Counted from the stretch's first letter, positions 8,557 through 18,494 are shown. The stretch is DNA of 64,000 nucleotides from Gammaproteobacteria bacterium (GCA_965215365.1 CBDCDS010000003.1:320001-384000), one strand, 5' to 3'. Notes: generated by a model from the letters alone, not told the origin. Numbers and translations are program-made.

Positions 8557-11500
8557 ATGTTTGTCTTGCCAAATTCCAATCACACAATCAAACGCATACT
8601 GGTCGCGAACCGGGGGGAGATTGCGGTGCGGGTGGTGCGCGCGGCGCAAGAGCTGGGTATTGCCACGGTGGGCATCTTCTCCGAGGAGGACCGGCTTGCC
8701 TTGCACCGGTTCAAGCCGGATCAGTCCTACCAGGTCGGCCTGGGTGTGGGGCCGGTTGAGGCGTATCTGGACGGCGCCGACATATTGCGCGTGGCCGTTG
8801 AAGCTGAATGCGACGCGTTGCATCCGGGTTATGGTTTTTTGTCCGAGAATGCCGATTTTGCCGAGCAGTGTGAACGCCACGGCATCAATTTTATCGGCCC
8901 CCGTGCCGAGGTGCTGCGCGGGCTGGGCAACAAGGTGCAGGCGCGGGAACTGGCTGCCGCGGCTGGTATTGCGGTGATGCCGGCGTCGGGGCCGTTGCCG
9001 CAGGATGCACGGGAAACAGAACGCATCGCCGGCTCAATCGGTTTCCCGTTGATGCTCAAGGCCAGTTGGGGCGGCGGCGGGCGCGGCATGCGAGTGGTCA
9101 GAGACGGCGACGGTATGCACGATGTGGTCACGCGCGCACGCCAGGAAGCGCAGACCGCGTTCGGCAATGATGAGGTGTTTTTTGAAAAGCTGGTTGAGGA
9201 CGCGCTGCATATCGAAGTGCAGATTCTGGGCGATCGTCACGGCAATGTCGTGCATTTATACGAGCGCGACTGTTCATTGCAACGCCGTCACCAGAAGGTC
9301 ATCGAGCGCGCGCCGGCCATTCATCTGGTGCCGGCTAAACGTGAGGAGATTTGTCAGGCGGCAGTCAAACTGGCCTGCAAGGCCGGCGTGGACAATGCGG
9401 CAACGGTTGAGTTCCTGTATGACAAGGCGGCAGAGACATTCTATTTCATTGAGGTCAACCCCAGGGTGCAGGTCGAGCACACAGTCACCGAAGAGATCAC
9501 GGGTATTGACATCGTCAAGGCACAGATCAGGATTGCACAGGGAGAAAAAATCGGCCAGCCCGGCTCCATCATCCCGCCGCAGTCCGAGCTCCGGGTAATC
9601 GGCACCGCGCTACAGTGCCGGGTGACCGCCGAGGACCCGAACAACAATTTCATTCCGGATTACGGCAACATCATCGCCTACCGCAGCCCTGCGGGACCGG
9701 GCATTCGTCTGGACGGCGGCGCGGCCTACTCCGGCGCCTGGATTTCCCGCGCCTACGACAGCCTGCTGGTAAAAGTCACTGCCCGTGGCCGCGACGCGGA
9801 GGAGAGCAGCCGCCGGATGCGGCGCGCCCTGCTGGAATTTCGCGTGCGCGGCGTTGCCACCAACCTGTCGTTCTTATTGCAGCTGCTGGACCACCCCGGC
9901 TTCCAGACCGGCGCTTACAATACCCGTTTCATCGACGAGACGCCGGAGTTGTTTGAGTTCGGTCGGGGGCAAGGCCAGATTGAGCGGCTGCTGCGCTTTA
10001 TTGCCGACGTGATCGTGAACGGCAACAAGGATGTGCAGGAGCGGCCGGCGCCGGTTTCGTTACGCGAACCCACGGCGCCGGCAGGTGTGAGCAAGCCGCC
10101 TGCTAACGGGCCAAAAGCGATATTTGATGAAACCGGGGCGGCCGGCCTGGTGGACTGGATCAGGGCGCAGGAGCAGCCGTTGCTGACAGACACCACGTTT
10201 CGCGACGCGCACCAGTCGCTACTGGCAACCCGCCTTAGGAGCAGGGACCTGGTCGCAATAGCGCCGTATTACGCGCACAACATGTCCGGGTTGTTTTCCG
10301 TGGAGTCCTGGGGTGGCGCCACCTTCGATGTGGCGCTCAGGTTCCTGCATGAAGACCCGTGGCAGCGCTTGTTCGATTTATGTACGGCCATGCCCAACAT
10401 CATGCAACAGATGCTGTTGCGCGCCTCGAATGCAGTGGGCTACACGAGTTACCCGGACAATGTGGTCAGATATTTTGTCAAGCAGGCTGCGGCCGCCGGT
10501 ATTGACGTATTCAGAATCTTCGACAGCCTGAACTGGCCGGACAACATGCAGGTCGCCGTGGATGCAGTGGGGGAAACCGGCAAGGTCATTGAGACGGCAA
10601 TCTGCTACACGGGCGATATACTGGATCCGAACAAGAACAAGTACACACTGGATTACTACCTGGACCTGGCCGCCAAATACCGGGATATGGGCGCGCATAT
10701 CCTGGGTATAAAGGACATGGCGGGTCTGCTCAAGCCGGGCGCGGCGCGGCTGCTGATCACCGCGTTGAAACAGGAGATTGAGCTACCCATCCATCTGCAT
10801 ACGCATGATACCAGCGGCATTTCCGCAGCCACCGTGCTGGCCGCAGTGGAAGCAGGCGCGGATATCGTCGATGCCGCCATCGACAGCATGAGCGGCCTGA
10901 CCTCGCAGCCCAATCTGGGCGCCATCGTTGCGGCTCTGTCACATACCGACCGCAGCACGCACCTCGATACAGAGGCCATCCAGGTTATCAGCAGGTATTG
11001 GGAAGAAGTGCGGGAACAATATCGTGCATTCGAACCGGAAATACGCTCGGGCGCCTCAGAGGTCTATGTGCACGAAATGCCGGGCGGCCAGTACACCAAT
11101 TTAAGAGAGCAGGCGCGCGCCCTGGGCATCGACCGCCGCTGGCCGGAAATCGCCCGGGCTTACGCCGATGTCAACGAGCTGTTCGGAGATATCATCAAGG
11201 TCACGCCCACCTCGAAAGTGGTAGGCGACATGGCCCTGGCCATGGTCACGGCGGGGTTAACGAAGCAGGATATTCTCGACCCGGACCAGGAAATCGCCTT
11301 TCCCGAATCGGTCATCCAGTTTTTTTATGGGGAAATGGGGCAGCCGATGGGTGGGTTCCCGCCGGCATTACAGGCCAAAGTGCTGAACGGCAAAGCGCCG
11401 CTGACCGACCGGCCCGGCGCGTCACTGGCGCCGGTTGACCTAGAACAGGCCCGAAACGACCTTAAAGCCCAACTCAAGGAAGAGGTATCTGACTTTGATC

Positions 11501-12018
11501 TGGCATCCTACCTGATGTACCCGAACGTGTTTCTCGACTATGCGCAAATGAAACGCAAATTCGGCGCAGTCAGCCTGCTGCCCACCCATGTTTTTTTCTA
11601 CGGCTTGGCAATCGGCGAGGAGACCGTGTTGTCCTTTGCCGACCATCGCCAGGCGATAGTGCATTACCTGGCCACCTCCGAACCCGATGAAGAGGGCCGG
11701 CGCCGGGTATTTTTTGAACTGAATGGCCAGCCCCAGACCGTGATCGTCAAGGACAACAACCTGGGTTTTGAGGTCCACCAGAATGAACAAGCCGACCCTG
11801 CCGACCCCAACCAGCTCGCCGCGCCCATGCCGGGCCTGGTCGTTGCAGTGGAAGTATCAACCGGAGAACGCGTCCGCCAGGGCGACACGGCAGTGGTGCT
11901 CGAGGCCATGAAAATGCAATCCTCCGTCCCGGCCGGCAAGAGCGGCATCATCAAACGCGTGGTTGTCAGCGCCAACCACGTAGTCGACAGTGGTGATTTG
12001 CTGGTGGTGATTGAGTAA
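8557..12018 (+). CDS. pyc: Pyruvate carboxylase, single-chain BC-CT-BCCP form
   Basis: ANRGEIA, HPGYGFLSEN, RDAHQSLLATR, IKDMAG, HTHDT, EAMKM biotin site. Confidence 0.97.
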   Translation: MFVLPNSNHTIKRILVANRGEIAVRVVRAAQELGIATVGIFSEEDRLALHRFKPDQSYQVGLGVGPVEAYLDGADILRVAVEAECDALHPGYGFLSENADFAEQCERHGINFIGPRAEVLRGLGNKVQARELAAAAGIAVMPASGPLPQDARETERIAGSIGFPLMLKASWGGGGRGMRVVRDGDGMHDVVTRARQEAQTAFGNDEVFFEKLVEDALHIEVQILGDRHGNVVHLYERDCSLQRRHQKVIERAPAIHLVPAKREEICQAAVKLACKAGVDNAATVEFLYDKAAETFYFIEVNPRVQVEHTVTEEITGIDIVKAQIRIAQGEKIGQPGSIIPPQSELRVIGTALQCRVTAEDPNNNFIPDYGNIIAYRSPAGPGIRLDGGAAYSGAWISRAYDSLLVKVTARGRDAEESSRRMRRALLEFRVRGVATNLSFLLQLLDHPGFQTGAYNTRFIDETPELFEFGRGQGQIERLLRFIADVIVNGNKDVQERPAPVSLREPTAPAGVSKPPANGPKAIFDETGAAGLVDWIRAQEQPLLTDTTFRDAHQSLLATRLRSRDLVAIAPYYAHNMSGLFSVESWGGATFDVALRFLHEDPWQRLFDLCTAMPNIMQQMLLRASNAVGYTSYPDNVVRYFVKQAAAAGIDVFRIFDSLNWPDNMQVAVDAVGETGKVIETAICYTGDILDPNKNKYTLDYYLDLAAKYRDMGAHILGIKDMAGLLKPGAARLLITALKQEIELPIHLHTHDTSGISAATVLAAVEAGADIVDAAIDSMSGLTSQPNLGAIVAALSHTDRSTHLDTEAIQVISRYWEEVREQYRAFEPEIRSGASEVYVHEMPGGQYTNLREQARALGIDRRWPEIARAYADVNELFGDIIKVTPTSKVVGDMALAMVTAGLTKQDILDPDQEIAFPESVIQFFYGEMGQPMGGFPPALQAKVLNGKAPLTDRPGASLAPVDLEQARNDLKAQLKEEVSDFDLASYLMYPNVFLDYAQMKRKFGAVSLLPTHVFFYGLAIGEETVLSFADHRQAIVHYLATSEPDEEGRRRVFFELNGQPQTVIVKDNNLGFEVHQNEQADPADPNQLAAPMPGLVVAVEVSTGERVRQGDTAVVLEAMKMQSSVPAGKSGIIKRVVVSANHVVDSGDLLVVIE

Positions 12019-12051
12019 GTTTGGGTTCAGTTGTTTCCGGGAAGTGAGACA

Positions 12052-12143
12052 TCAAGGTGTGCCTACACCGGCGAAAGGGTCCAGTATGGTATCACCCCGG
12101 AAACTGAACAGCAGCATGACTCTTCTTGCCAGTTCTTCCGGTT
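12052..12143 (-). pseudogene. Fragment of N4/N6 DNA methyltransferase
   Basis: PEELARRVMLLFSFRGDTILDPFAGVGT (SAM-binding motif I region). Confidence 0.75.
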
Positions 12144-12322
12144 CTATTTCGACCCAGTCGAACAGGTAGGCCTTAGTCTCCTTGCGTACTTTGAGAAAAC
12201 TCGCGCTGGTAACACTGCGCCAGAGTTGTTTTGCCCACCTGCCGTGGTCCGCTGACGAAAGCCATTTTCTGAAATTCTGCAACAATCGTGTTGACCAGAG
12301 GGACGAGTGAGCGTTCGATCAT
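12144..12322 (-). pseudogene. Internally deleted AAA_14-DUF4143 ATPase remnant
   Basis: Manual translation: MIERSLVPLVNTIVAEFQKMAFVSGPRQVGKTTLAQ..., then in another frame KETKAYLFDWVEIE (cf. KARKHYHYDWSLI in 7045-8157). Confidence 0.8.
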
Positions 12323-12339
12323 GTCGATATTTTATACCA

Positions 12340-12371
12340 AACTCTGAAAAAGTCCTGACTTTTTCAGAGTT
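12340..12371. repeat. Perfect 15-bp inverted repeat upstream of AAA remnant
   Basis: AACTCTGAAAAAGTC-CT-GACTTTTTCAGAGTT. Confidence 0.93.
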
Positions 12372-12516
12372 GTATCTGATAAAGACACCTCTGATTTTTA
12401 GAGGTGGCCATGTGGTTGACGAATCCTGGAAAATATGTAGAATGCCGTTTTTGACAGGTATTCTGCCTGCTCGGTATTCATTTCCGACAATTGAACGAAG
12501 CAACTGAATATTGATT

Positions 12517-13287
12517 ATGTCAACCAATGACAACACGCCGGTGATAGAGGTCAAGGGGCTGGACAAGCACTTTGGGCCTATTCATGCGGTGCGGGATATT
12601 TCCTTTTCCGTGCGGCAGGGCGAGGTGCTCGGCTTTTTGGGGCCCAACGGTGCCGGGAAGTCCACGACCATGAAAATGATTACCGGCTTCTTGGAGCCGA
12701 CCGACGGCACCGTGCTGGTGAATGGGCACGATGTGCTGACCGATCCCATCGGTGTCAAGGCGTCTATCGGCTACCTGCCAGAGGGCGCGCCGGCTTATGG
12801 TGAGATGACGGTACGGCGTTTCCTAGAGTTCGTGGCGGAGATACGCGGCTATCAGGGCGTGGAACAAGGGCAACGGGTGGACCGGGTGGTGGAACTGGTG
12901 CATCTGGAAGGGGTGCTGGACCAGACCGTCGAAACTCTGTCCAAAGGTTTCAAGCGGCGCGTGGGCGTGGCTCAGGCGCTGTTGCACGACCCGGAAGTCT
13001 TGATCATGGACGAGCCCACGGACGGCCTGGACCCGAACCAGAAGCATGAAGTCCGCAGCCTGATCAAGGAAATGGCCGAGCGCAAGGCCATCGTGATTTC
13101 CACCCACATCCTGGAGGAGGTGGACGCCGTGTGCAGCCGCGCGATCATCATTGCCGCCGGGCAGATCCTGTTCGACGGCACGCCAGAGGAGCTCAAAGCC
13201 GAGTCTGAAACGAGCGATTACGACGATGCGTTCCGCGCCATCACCAGCCGCTTCTATGCCAGCCAGGGCGAGGCAACCCAATCATGA
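12517..13287 (+). CDS. ABC transporter ATP-binding protein (GldA-like)
   Basis: GPNGAGKST, LSKG signature, DEPT, STH. Confidence 0.9.
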   Translation: MSTNDNTPVIEVKGLDKHFGPIHAVRDISFSVRQGEVLGFLGPNGAGKSTTMKMITGFLEPTDGTVLVNGHDVLTDPIGVKASIGYLPEGAPAYGEMTVRRFLEFVAEIRGYQGVEQGQRVDRVVELVHLEGVLDQTVETLSKGFKRRVGVAQALLHDPEVLIMDEPTDGLDPNQKHEVRSLIKEMAERKAIVISTHILEEVDAVCSRAIIIAAGQILFDGTPEELKAESETSDYDDAFRAITSRFYASQGEATQS

Positions 13288-13316
13288 GCCCGCGAGCATG
13301 AGCCCACGAGCATGAG
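13283..13316 (+). repeat. 14-bp tandem repeat at gene junction
   Basis: CATGAGCCCGCGAG CATGAGCCCACGAG CATGAG. Confidence 0.85.
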
Positions 13317-14055
13317 TATGAACAGCAACATCAAGGCGGTATTAAAGCGCGAGCTGTACGGCTATTTCCACACCCCGGTTGCTTACGTTTTTATCATCAT
13401 CTTCCTGTTTTTGACCGGCATCTTCAGTTTTTATCCGGGCGCCTTCTACGAGCGCGGTCAGGCCGACCTGGGACCATTTTTCCAGTTTCAGCCCTGGCTC
13501 TACCTGTTCCTGATACCGGCCATTTCCATGCGGCTGTGGTCGGAAGAACGCAAGACCGGCACCATAGAGCTGCTGATGACGCTGCCCATTACCGTAACCG
13601 CTGCGGTACTGGGCAAGTTCCTGGCGGCCTGGTGTTTTACTGCGGTGGCCCTGGCGCTGACGTTTCCCATGTGGATTACCGTGAACTACCTGGGCGACCC
13701 GGACAACACCGTCATTCTCGCCGGCTACCTCGGCAGCCTGTTGCTGGCCGGGGGGTTGCTGGCTATCGGTTCCTGCATCTCCGCTTTGTCCAAGAGCCAG
13801 GTGATCGCGTTTGTGATCAGCGTGGTCATCTGTTTTTTGTTCATCATGAGCGGGTTTCCGCTGGTGCTGAATTTTTTCCAGGGCTGGGCGCCCCAGGCCT
13901 TGGTGGAAGTGATTGCCTCGATCAGTTTCCTGACCCATTTCGATTCCATCAACAGGGGCGTTATCGACCTGCGCGACCTGATTTATTATCTGGTGATGAT
14001 CTCGTTCTGGCTATATGCCAATGTCGTAGTCATCGATGCTCGCAAGGCGCTGTGA
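13312..14055 (+). CDS. ABC-2 permease (GldF-like)
   Basis: RELYGYFHTPVAY, EERKTGTIELLMTLP, multiple TM helices. Confidence 0.88.
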   Translation: MSMNSNIKAVLKRELYGYFHTPVAYVFIIIFLFLTGIFSFYPGAFYERGQADLGPFFQFQPWLYLFLIPAISMRLWSEERKTGTIELLMTLPITVTAAVLGKFLAAWCFTAVALALTFPMWITVNYLGDPDNTVILAGYLGSLLLAGGLLAIGSCISALSKSQVIAFVISVVICFLFIMSGFPLVLNFFQGWAPQALVEVIASISFLTHFDSINRGVIDLRDLIYYLVMISFWLYANVVVIDARKAL

Positions 14056-14064
14056 GATTTGGCC

Positions 14065-15918
14065 ATGAAGTATAAACGTCTGTTATCGGGTTCCGGGATT
14101 CTGTTGGCGGCGGCGCTGGCGCTGGCGCTGGTTACCATCAGCGACAACCTGTTCACCGGCGTGCGTCTGGATTTGACCGAGAACCGGCTGTTCACATTGT
14201 CGCAGGGTTCCATCAATATCATCACCGGCCTTGAGGAACCGGTTGACCTGGACCTCTACCTGTCCCGCAAGACCATGGCAGACTTCCCGCAACTGGTGAA
14301 TTACGCCAACCGGGTGCGCGATCTGCTGGAAGAGTACGCGGCAAAATCGGACGGTAAAATCAGGCTGTCCGTCATTGAGCCGGAGCCTTTCTCCGAGGAA
14401 GAAGACCAGGCCGTGGCCAGCGGCCTGAATGGCGTTGCCGTGAATGCCGCCGGCGACCGCGCCTACTTCGGGCTGGTAGGGGTCAGCTCCACGGATGATG
14501 AGGCCACCATCCCGTTCTTTCAGGCAAGCCGGGAAAATGCGCTGGAATACGACATTACCAAGCTGATCTATAACCTCGCCAACCCGGAAAAGCGCGTCAT
14601 CGGCGTAATGTCGGCACTGCCGTTGTTCGGCGATCCGATCCGCGGCGTACAGGAACGCTGGGCCATTATTAATGTGATGGAAGAATTCTTCGAGGTGCGC
14701 AATCTCGGTTCAAATACGGACAATATCGAGCAGGATGTGGATGTGTTGATGGTGGTGCATCCCAAAAATTTCGGCGAGCGGACACTATTCGCCATCGATC
14801 AGTTCCTGTTGCGTGGCGGCCACGCCATGTTGTTTGTCGATCCACTGGCAGAAGGTGACAACATGCAGCCCGATCCGGCCAACCCCTACGTAATGCCGGT
14901 CTTGTCCTCCGACCTGAACGTCATGCTGGAAAGCTGGGGGGTAGCAGTCGATACCAGCAAGATCGCAGCAGACATCAACTTGGCCATGCGCGTACAGGCA
15001 CAGGGCGCGCGCGGCCTCCAAGAGACCAATTACCTGCCCTGGCTGCAACTGGGGGAACAAAACCTCAATCGCGACGACTTCAGCACCAGTGAGTTGAATC
15101 AGGTGCACATGGGCACGGCGGGGGTTATCGAGCGCCAGGACGATGCTGTGGTCGAATTGACCCCGTTGATAGAGACCACCGCCGAGTCCATGAAAATGGA
15201 ACGGGACATGATTTTCTTCCAGCGCGACCCCAACGTCATGCTTGCTAACTTCAGAGCGGAAGGTGCGCCCCTGACGCTTGCTGCAAGGCTCAGCGGCACC
15301 GTGCCCAGTGCCTACCCGGACGGCCTGCCGGGCGCGGGTGAGGGAGCAGATGCGGCGGATATTGTCAAGGAGGGCCGGATTGATGTCGTGCTGGTGGGTG
15401 ATACCGACATCCTGGCGAATCATTTCTGGATCAGGATGCAGAATTTCTTCGGCATGCAGATCCCCCAGAGCATTGCCAACAACGGCGATTTCGTCATCAA
15501 TACCCTGGACAATCTGGCCGGTAATACCGACTTGGTCAGCCTGCGCAGCCGCGGCGAGTTCTCCCGTCCGTTTACCGTGGTCGAACAGATACGCCGGGAT
15601 GCCGAAGCGCGCTTCCGCACGCAGGAACAGGCGCTGCAATCCCGCCTAGAGGAAACTGAACAGAAGATCGCCCAATTACAACAGGAAGGCGGGGAAGGCG
15701 CCTTGTTACTGAGCCAGGAACAGGCCGCCGAGATTGAAAAATTCAGGCTGGAGCAAATCAAAACGCGCAAGGAACTGCGCGCGGTGCAGCACGAATTACA
15801 GAAGAACATCGAGCGTCTGGGCACGCAACTCAAATTCATCAATATCGGTCTGGTGCCGTTGATTATTGCGTTACTGGCACTGGTAGCGGGCCTGCGGCGC
15901 GCGCGTCAGCGAGTCTGA
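14065..15918 (+). CDS. GldG-family ABC transporter auxiliary protein
   Basis: RLDLTENRLFTLS, LEYDIT, C-terminal coiled coil and TM; operon context. Confidence 0.85.
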   Translation: MKYKRLLSGSGILLAAALALALVTISDNLFTGVRLDLTENRLFTLSQGSINIITGLEEPVDLDLYLSRKTMADFPQLVNYANRVRDLLEEYAAKSDGKIRLSVIEPEPFSEEEDQAVASGLNGVAVNAAGDRAYFGLVGVSSTDDEATIPFFQASRENALEYDITKLIYNLANPEKRVIGVMSALPLFGDPIRGVQERWAIINVMEEFFEVRNLGSNTDNIEQDVDVLMVVHPKNFGERTLFAIDQFLLRGGHAMLFVDPLAEGDNMQPDPANPYVMPVLSSDLNVMLESWGVAVDTSKIAADINLAMRVQAQGARGLQETNYLPWLQLGEQNLNRDDFSTSELNQVHMGTAGVIERQDDAVVELTPLIETTAESMKMERDMIFFQRDPNVMLANFRAEGAPLTLAARLSGTVPSAYPDGLPGAGEGADAADIVKEGRIDVVLVGDTDILANHFWIRMQNFFGMQIPQSIANNGDFVINTLDNLAGNTDLVSLRSRGEFSRPFTVVEQIRRDAEARFRTQEQALQSRLEETEQKIAQLQQEGGEGALLLSQEQAAEIEKFRLEQIKTRKELRAVQHELQKNIERLGTQLKFINIGLVPLIIALLALVAGLRRARQRV

Positions 15919-17084
15919 TGAAGCACAAGTATGCCATAGTCGCAGCGTTGACGGTCGTGGTTGTCGCCGTGGCGGTGCTCGTCAGCCAGCAACGGGCGCC
16001 AGAAACCAGCAGAGAGAAGCCAGCACTGTTTCCGCAGCTTGCAGAGCGTATTAACGATGTCAGTAAAGTCGTTGTGCGTGACGCTCAGAATACCTTGACG
16101 GTGCAGCGCGTGGCCGACAACTGGGGTATTGCCGAAGCGGATAATTATCCCGCGTTGCTTGACAAGGTCAAGGAGGCGGTGCTGGCCGTTGCGGACCTCA
16201 AAGTCATCGCGGAAAAGACGGATAACCCGGCGCTTTACGAGCGGCTGGGCGTTGAGGATATCGACGGCCAGGGCGCAACATCCACCCTGTTGACTCTGGT
16301 CGCTGATGATGAAGAGCTGGCCGGCCTGATCGTCGGCGACACCAGGCGTAGCAGCTCGGCTGCCGCCGCGCCGGGTTTGTATGTGCGCATTCCCGCACAG
16401 CAACAGGCGTTGCTGGTGGCAGGCAGGCTGGCGCCCAGCGCCGATATCATCCAGTGGATCAAGCGCGACATCATCAATATCGAAGGCGAGCGGGTCAGTA
16501 CCGTGCGCCTGCGTCCGGCCGGCGCGACGGAGGTCATCCTGAGCCGGGATGAACCTGCCGACGACCTGGTATTGCAAGATCTGCCGGAAGGCAAGGAACA
16601 GCAATCGGAATACGTCATCGGGCGCATGGCGACCGTGCTTGAGAATGTATATGCCGACGGCGTAAGCAAGGCGGATAATATCGACTTCTCCACCCCGACC
16701 GCCACGCTCGAGGTGACCACCTTTGATGGCTTGACGGCTGCTATCGAGGTTGCGCAACGCGACGCGCAGCCCTATGCGCGTTTTTCCTTTACTGCGCGGG
16801 AGACGGCTGCAGACGATGCACAGGTTGATGCGGCTACAGACGAAGCACGAGTTGATGCTGAAGCTCCGTCCGGGCCCAACCCAGACTCCTCACCGGACAC
16901 CGACGCCGACACAGAGCAAAAACCAACACCCGCACAGGAAGCCGCGGCCCTGAACAACCTGCTGCAAGGCTGGGCCTACCGGTTATCCACCTCCAAGGCG
17001 GAGCTATACACCCAGACCCTCGACGATCTGGTGCGGGAGCCGGAGCCAGAGCCGGAGCCGGTTACAGAGGACGCAGAGCCTTAA
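15918..17084 (+). CDS. DUF4340-domain protein
   Basis: N-terminal TM, usual fourth gene of Gld-like ABC operons. Confidence 0.7.
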   Translation: MKHKYAIVAALTVVVVAVAVLVSQQRAPETSREKPALFPQLAERINDVSKVVVRDAQNTLTVQRVADNWGIAEADNYPALLDKVKEAVLAVADLKVIAEKTDNPALYERLGVEDIDGQGATSTLLTLVADDEELAGLIVGDTRRSSSAAAAPGLYVRIPAQQQALLVAGRLAPSADIIQWIKRDIINIEGERVSTVRLRPAGATEVILSRDEPADDLVLQDLPEGKEQQSEYVIGRMATVLENVYADGVSKADNIDFSTPTATLEVTTFDGLTAAIEVAQRDAQPYARFSFTARETAADDAQVDAATDEARVDAEAPSGPNPDSSPDTDADTEQKPTPAQEAAALNNLLQGWAYRLSTSKAELYTQTLDDLVREPEPEPEPVTEDAEP

Positions 17085-17099
17085 GCCCGGTCGCACGGC

Positions 17100-17129
17100 T
17101 GCCTGCGACCGAAACCATAGCGGTAGCTA
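17100..17129 (+). repeat. Repeat copy 1 (TGCCTGCGAC..CATAGCGGTAGCTA)
   Basis: Direct copy at 20122-20151. Confidence 0.7.
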
Positions 17130-17427
17130 ACGTCCCATAGCGGCAAGGGCTGCCAGACCCGGCTCCAGAACCCGTCCTGTAGAGGCTTCTGGCAGTGGCC
17201 TGGATTTGATACGGAAATCGGCCAGCTGATCGGCCCGCCCAAATGCCTGCTGGAATGATCTTAAATGGCCATCGAGGCCTGCCGCCGCGCCCTTGCCAGG
17301 AACGAGGGCGCCGGCAGGCCGCGCGTCTTGAAGGCTCCCGGAACGGCCTTACTATTACAACGGATTAAACCATCATGCCGAGGCGCAAAGCCCTGGCATC
17401 GCATCATTGTAACTTCCTTGAGATTTG

Positions 17428-17742
17428 CTACAACGCGCTGACATGTAGCTTTATCCCTTCATTTTTGCGAAGTGATGAAACCAGGTCGGCAATGTTGCTG
17501 AGGCGCGGGTTGCCATTGTCACTGAGCATACGCATAAGGCTTTGTGGTTTTTTACCCATCAGTGCGCCGAGCTTTTTAAACCCCAGAGTTGCGTTGACGT
17601 AATCACGCAACAAGGTTTTAGCTACGTTAATTTCATTATTCAATAAACACTCGGCCGCTTCTGTCAGCAAGCCCACACGAAATGCCGGGTCGGTTAACAC
17701 GCGTTCTTGAATAGTCAGTTTAAAATCTCGAGTAAGTGCCAT
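17428..17742 (-). CDS. HTH antitoxin (addiction module antidote)
   Basis: MALTRDFK..., LRDYVNATLGF, GNPRLSN; downstream of RelE-like toxin. Confidence 0.82.
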   Translation of the reverse strand: MALTRDFKLTIQERVLTDPAFRVGLLTEAAECLLNNEINVAKTLLRDYVNATLGFKKLGALMGKKPQSLMRMLSDNGNPRLSNIADLVSSLRKNEGIKLHVSAL

Positions 17743-17748
17743 AATTGG

Positions 17749-18075
17749 CTATTCCTTCATCTTGCGGGATTTATAGGCTTGCCAACGGGCGTATGCCTTT
17801 TGAATATCCCGATATTGCTGTTTCTTGGCGCCCCCGCCCAAAAGGATGGTCAGTTCATTACCGTCTCTGCCATAGTAAATCCGGTATCCCGGGCCAAAAT
17901 TAACCCGGTATTCACTGACACCTTGTCCAACGGGTTTCGCGTTAGAGAAATTGCCTTGTTCCATGCGCGCAAGGGCAGTACGTATTTTCAAGGCAGCCTG
18001 AACATTGAGGGACAAAAACCACTTGGCAAATGGGCGTGAGCCGTCTCGTTCCTCGTATTCAACAATCCTTGGCAT
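17749..18075 (-). CDS. RelE/ParE-family toxin (addiction module killer)
   Basis: GVSEYRVNFGPGYRIYY, LLGGGAKKQQ..DI. Confidence 0.88.
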   Translation of the reverse strand: MPRIVEYEERDGSRPFAKWFLSLNVQAALKIRTALARMEQGNFSNAKPVGQGVSEYRVNFGPGYRIYYGRDGNELTILLGGGAKKQQYRDIQKAYARWQAYKSRKMKE

Positions 18076-18084
18076 AGGGGGAAG

Positions 18085-18100
18085 ATAACATATTTGTTAT
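18085..18100. promoter_or_regulatory. Putative TA operator
   Basis: ATAACA-TATT-TGTTAT palindrome 9 bp upstream of the toxin ATG. Confidence 0.5.
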
Positions 18101-18217
18101 TATTATCAAAACTGAGTGTTGTGTCCTCGGAAGTGTAGTGATTTACACGCCAGCCGTGGCTGTGTAGTATAACGCCATCTTTGCTCTGTAGTCCCCGCAT
18201 CGGGAGTTGCAATCACC

Positions 18218-18380
18218 GTGTCCACGATCGAGTCCCTGCTTGATACCTATCGTTCCGAAACGGCCACTGCGCGTGATCAAGGTGCTGCCTTCGAGAGGCT
18301 GATGGCGCCGGCAAGACGCTCACCTCGTTACGCATTGTCGAAGCACTGGTGGGACGCGGCGGCTACGTGTTGTATCTAGT
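18218..18380 (+). pseudogene. Internally deleted remnant of a type ISP (LlaGI-like) restriction helicase
   Basis: VSTIESLLDTYRSETATARDQGAAFERL joined out of frame to GAGKTLTSLRIVEALVGRGGYVLYLV; ends at a MITE A end. Confidence 0.65.
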
Positions 18381-18437
18381 CCGCATATCTCAGTCTGAAA
18401 TGCGCTCGGTCATCCGCTTTGATCTGTGCTGAAAAAA

Positions 18438-18494
18438 TGATAATATATTATCAATTAAATCGAAATTAAGGCAATGATTGATAATATACTATCC
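18438..18494. promoter_or_regulatory. Two HipB-type operators
   Basis: TGATAATATATTATCA (perfect palindrome) and TGATAATATACTATCC. Confidence 0.7.

Noticed and set aside
17036-17060. GAGCCG hexamer repeat
   Set aside because: Encodes an ordinary EPEPEPEP low-complexity tail.
17140-17420. Possible gene remnant between DUF4340 and the TA pair
   Set aside because: No motif recognised in the frames I translated; left unassigned.
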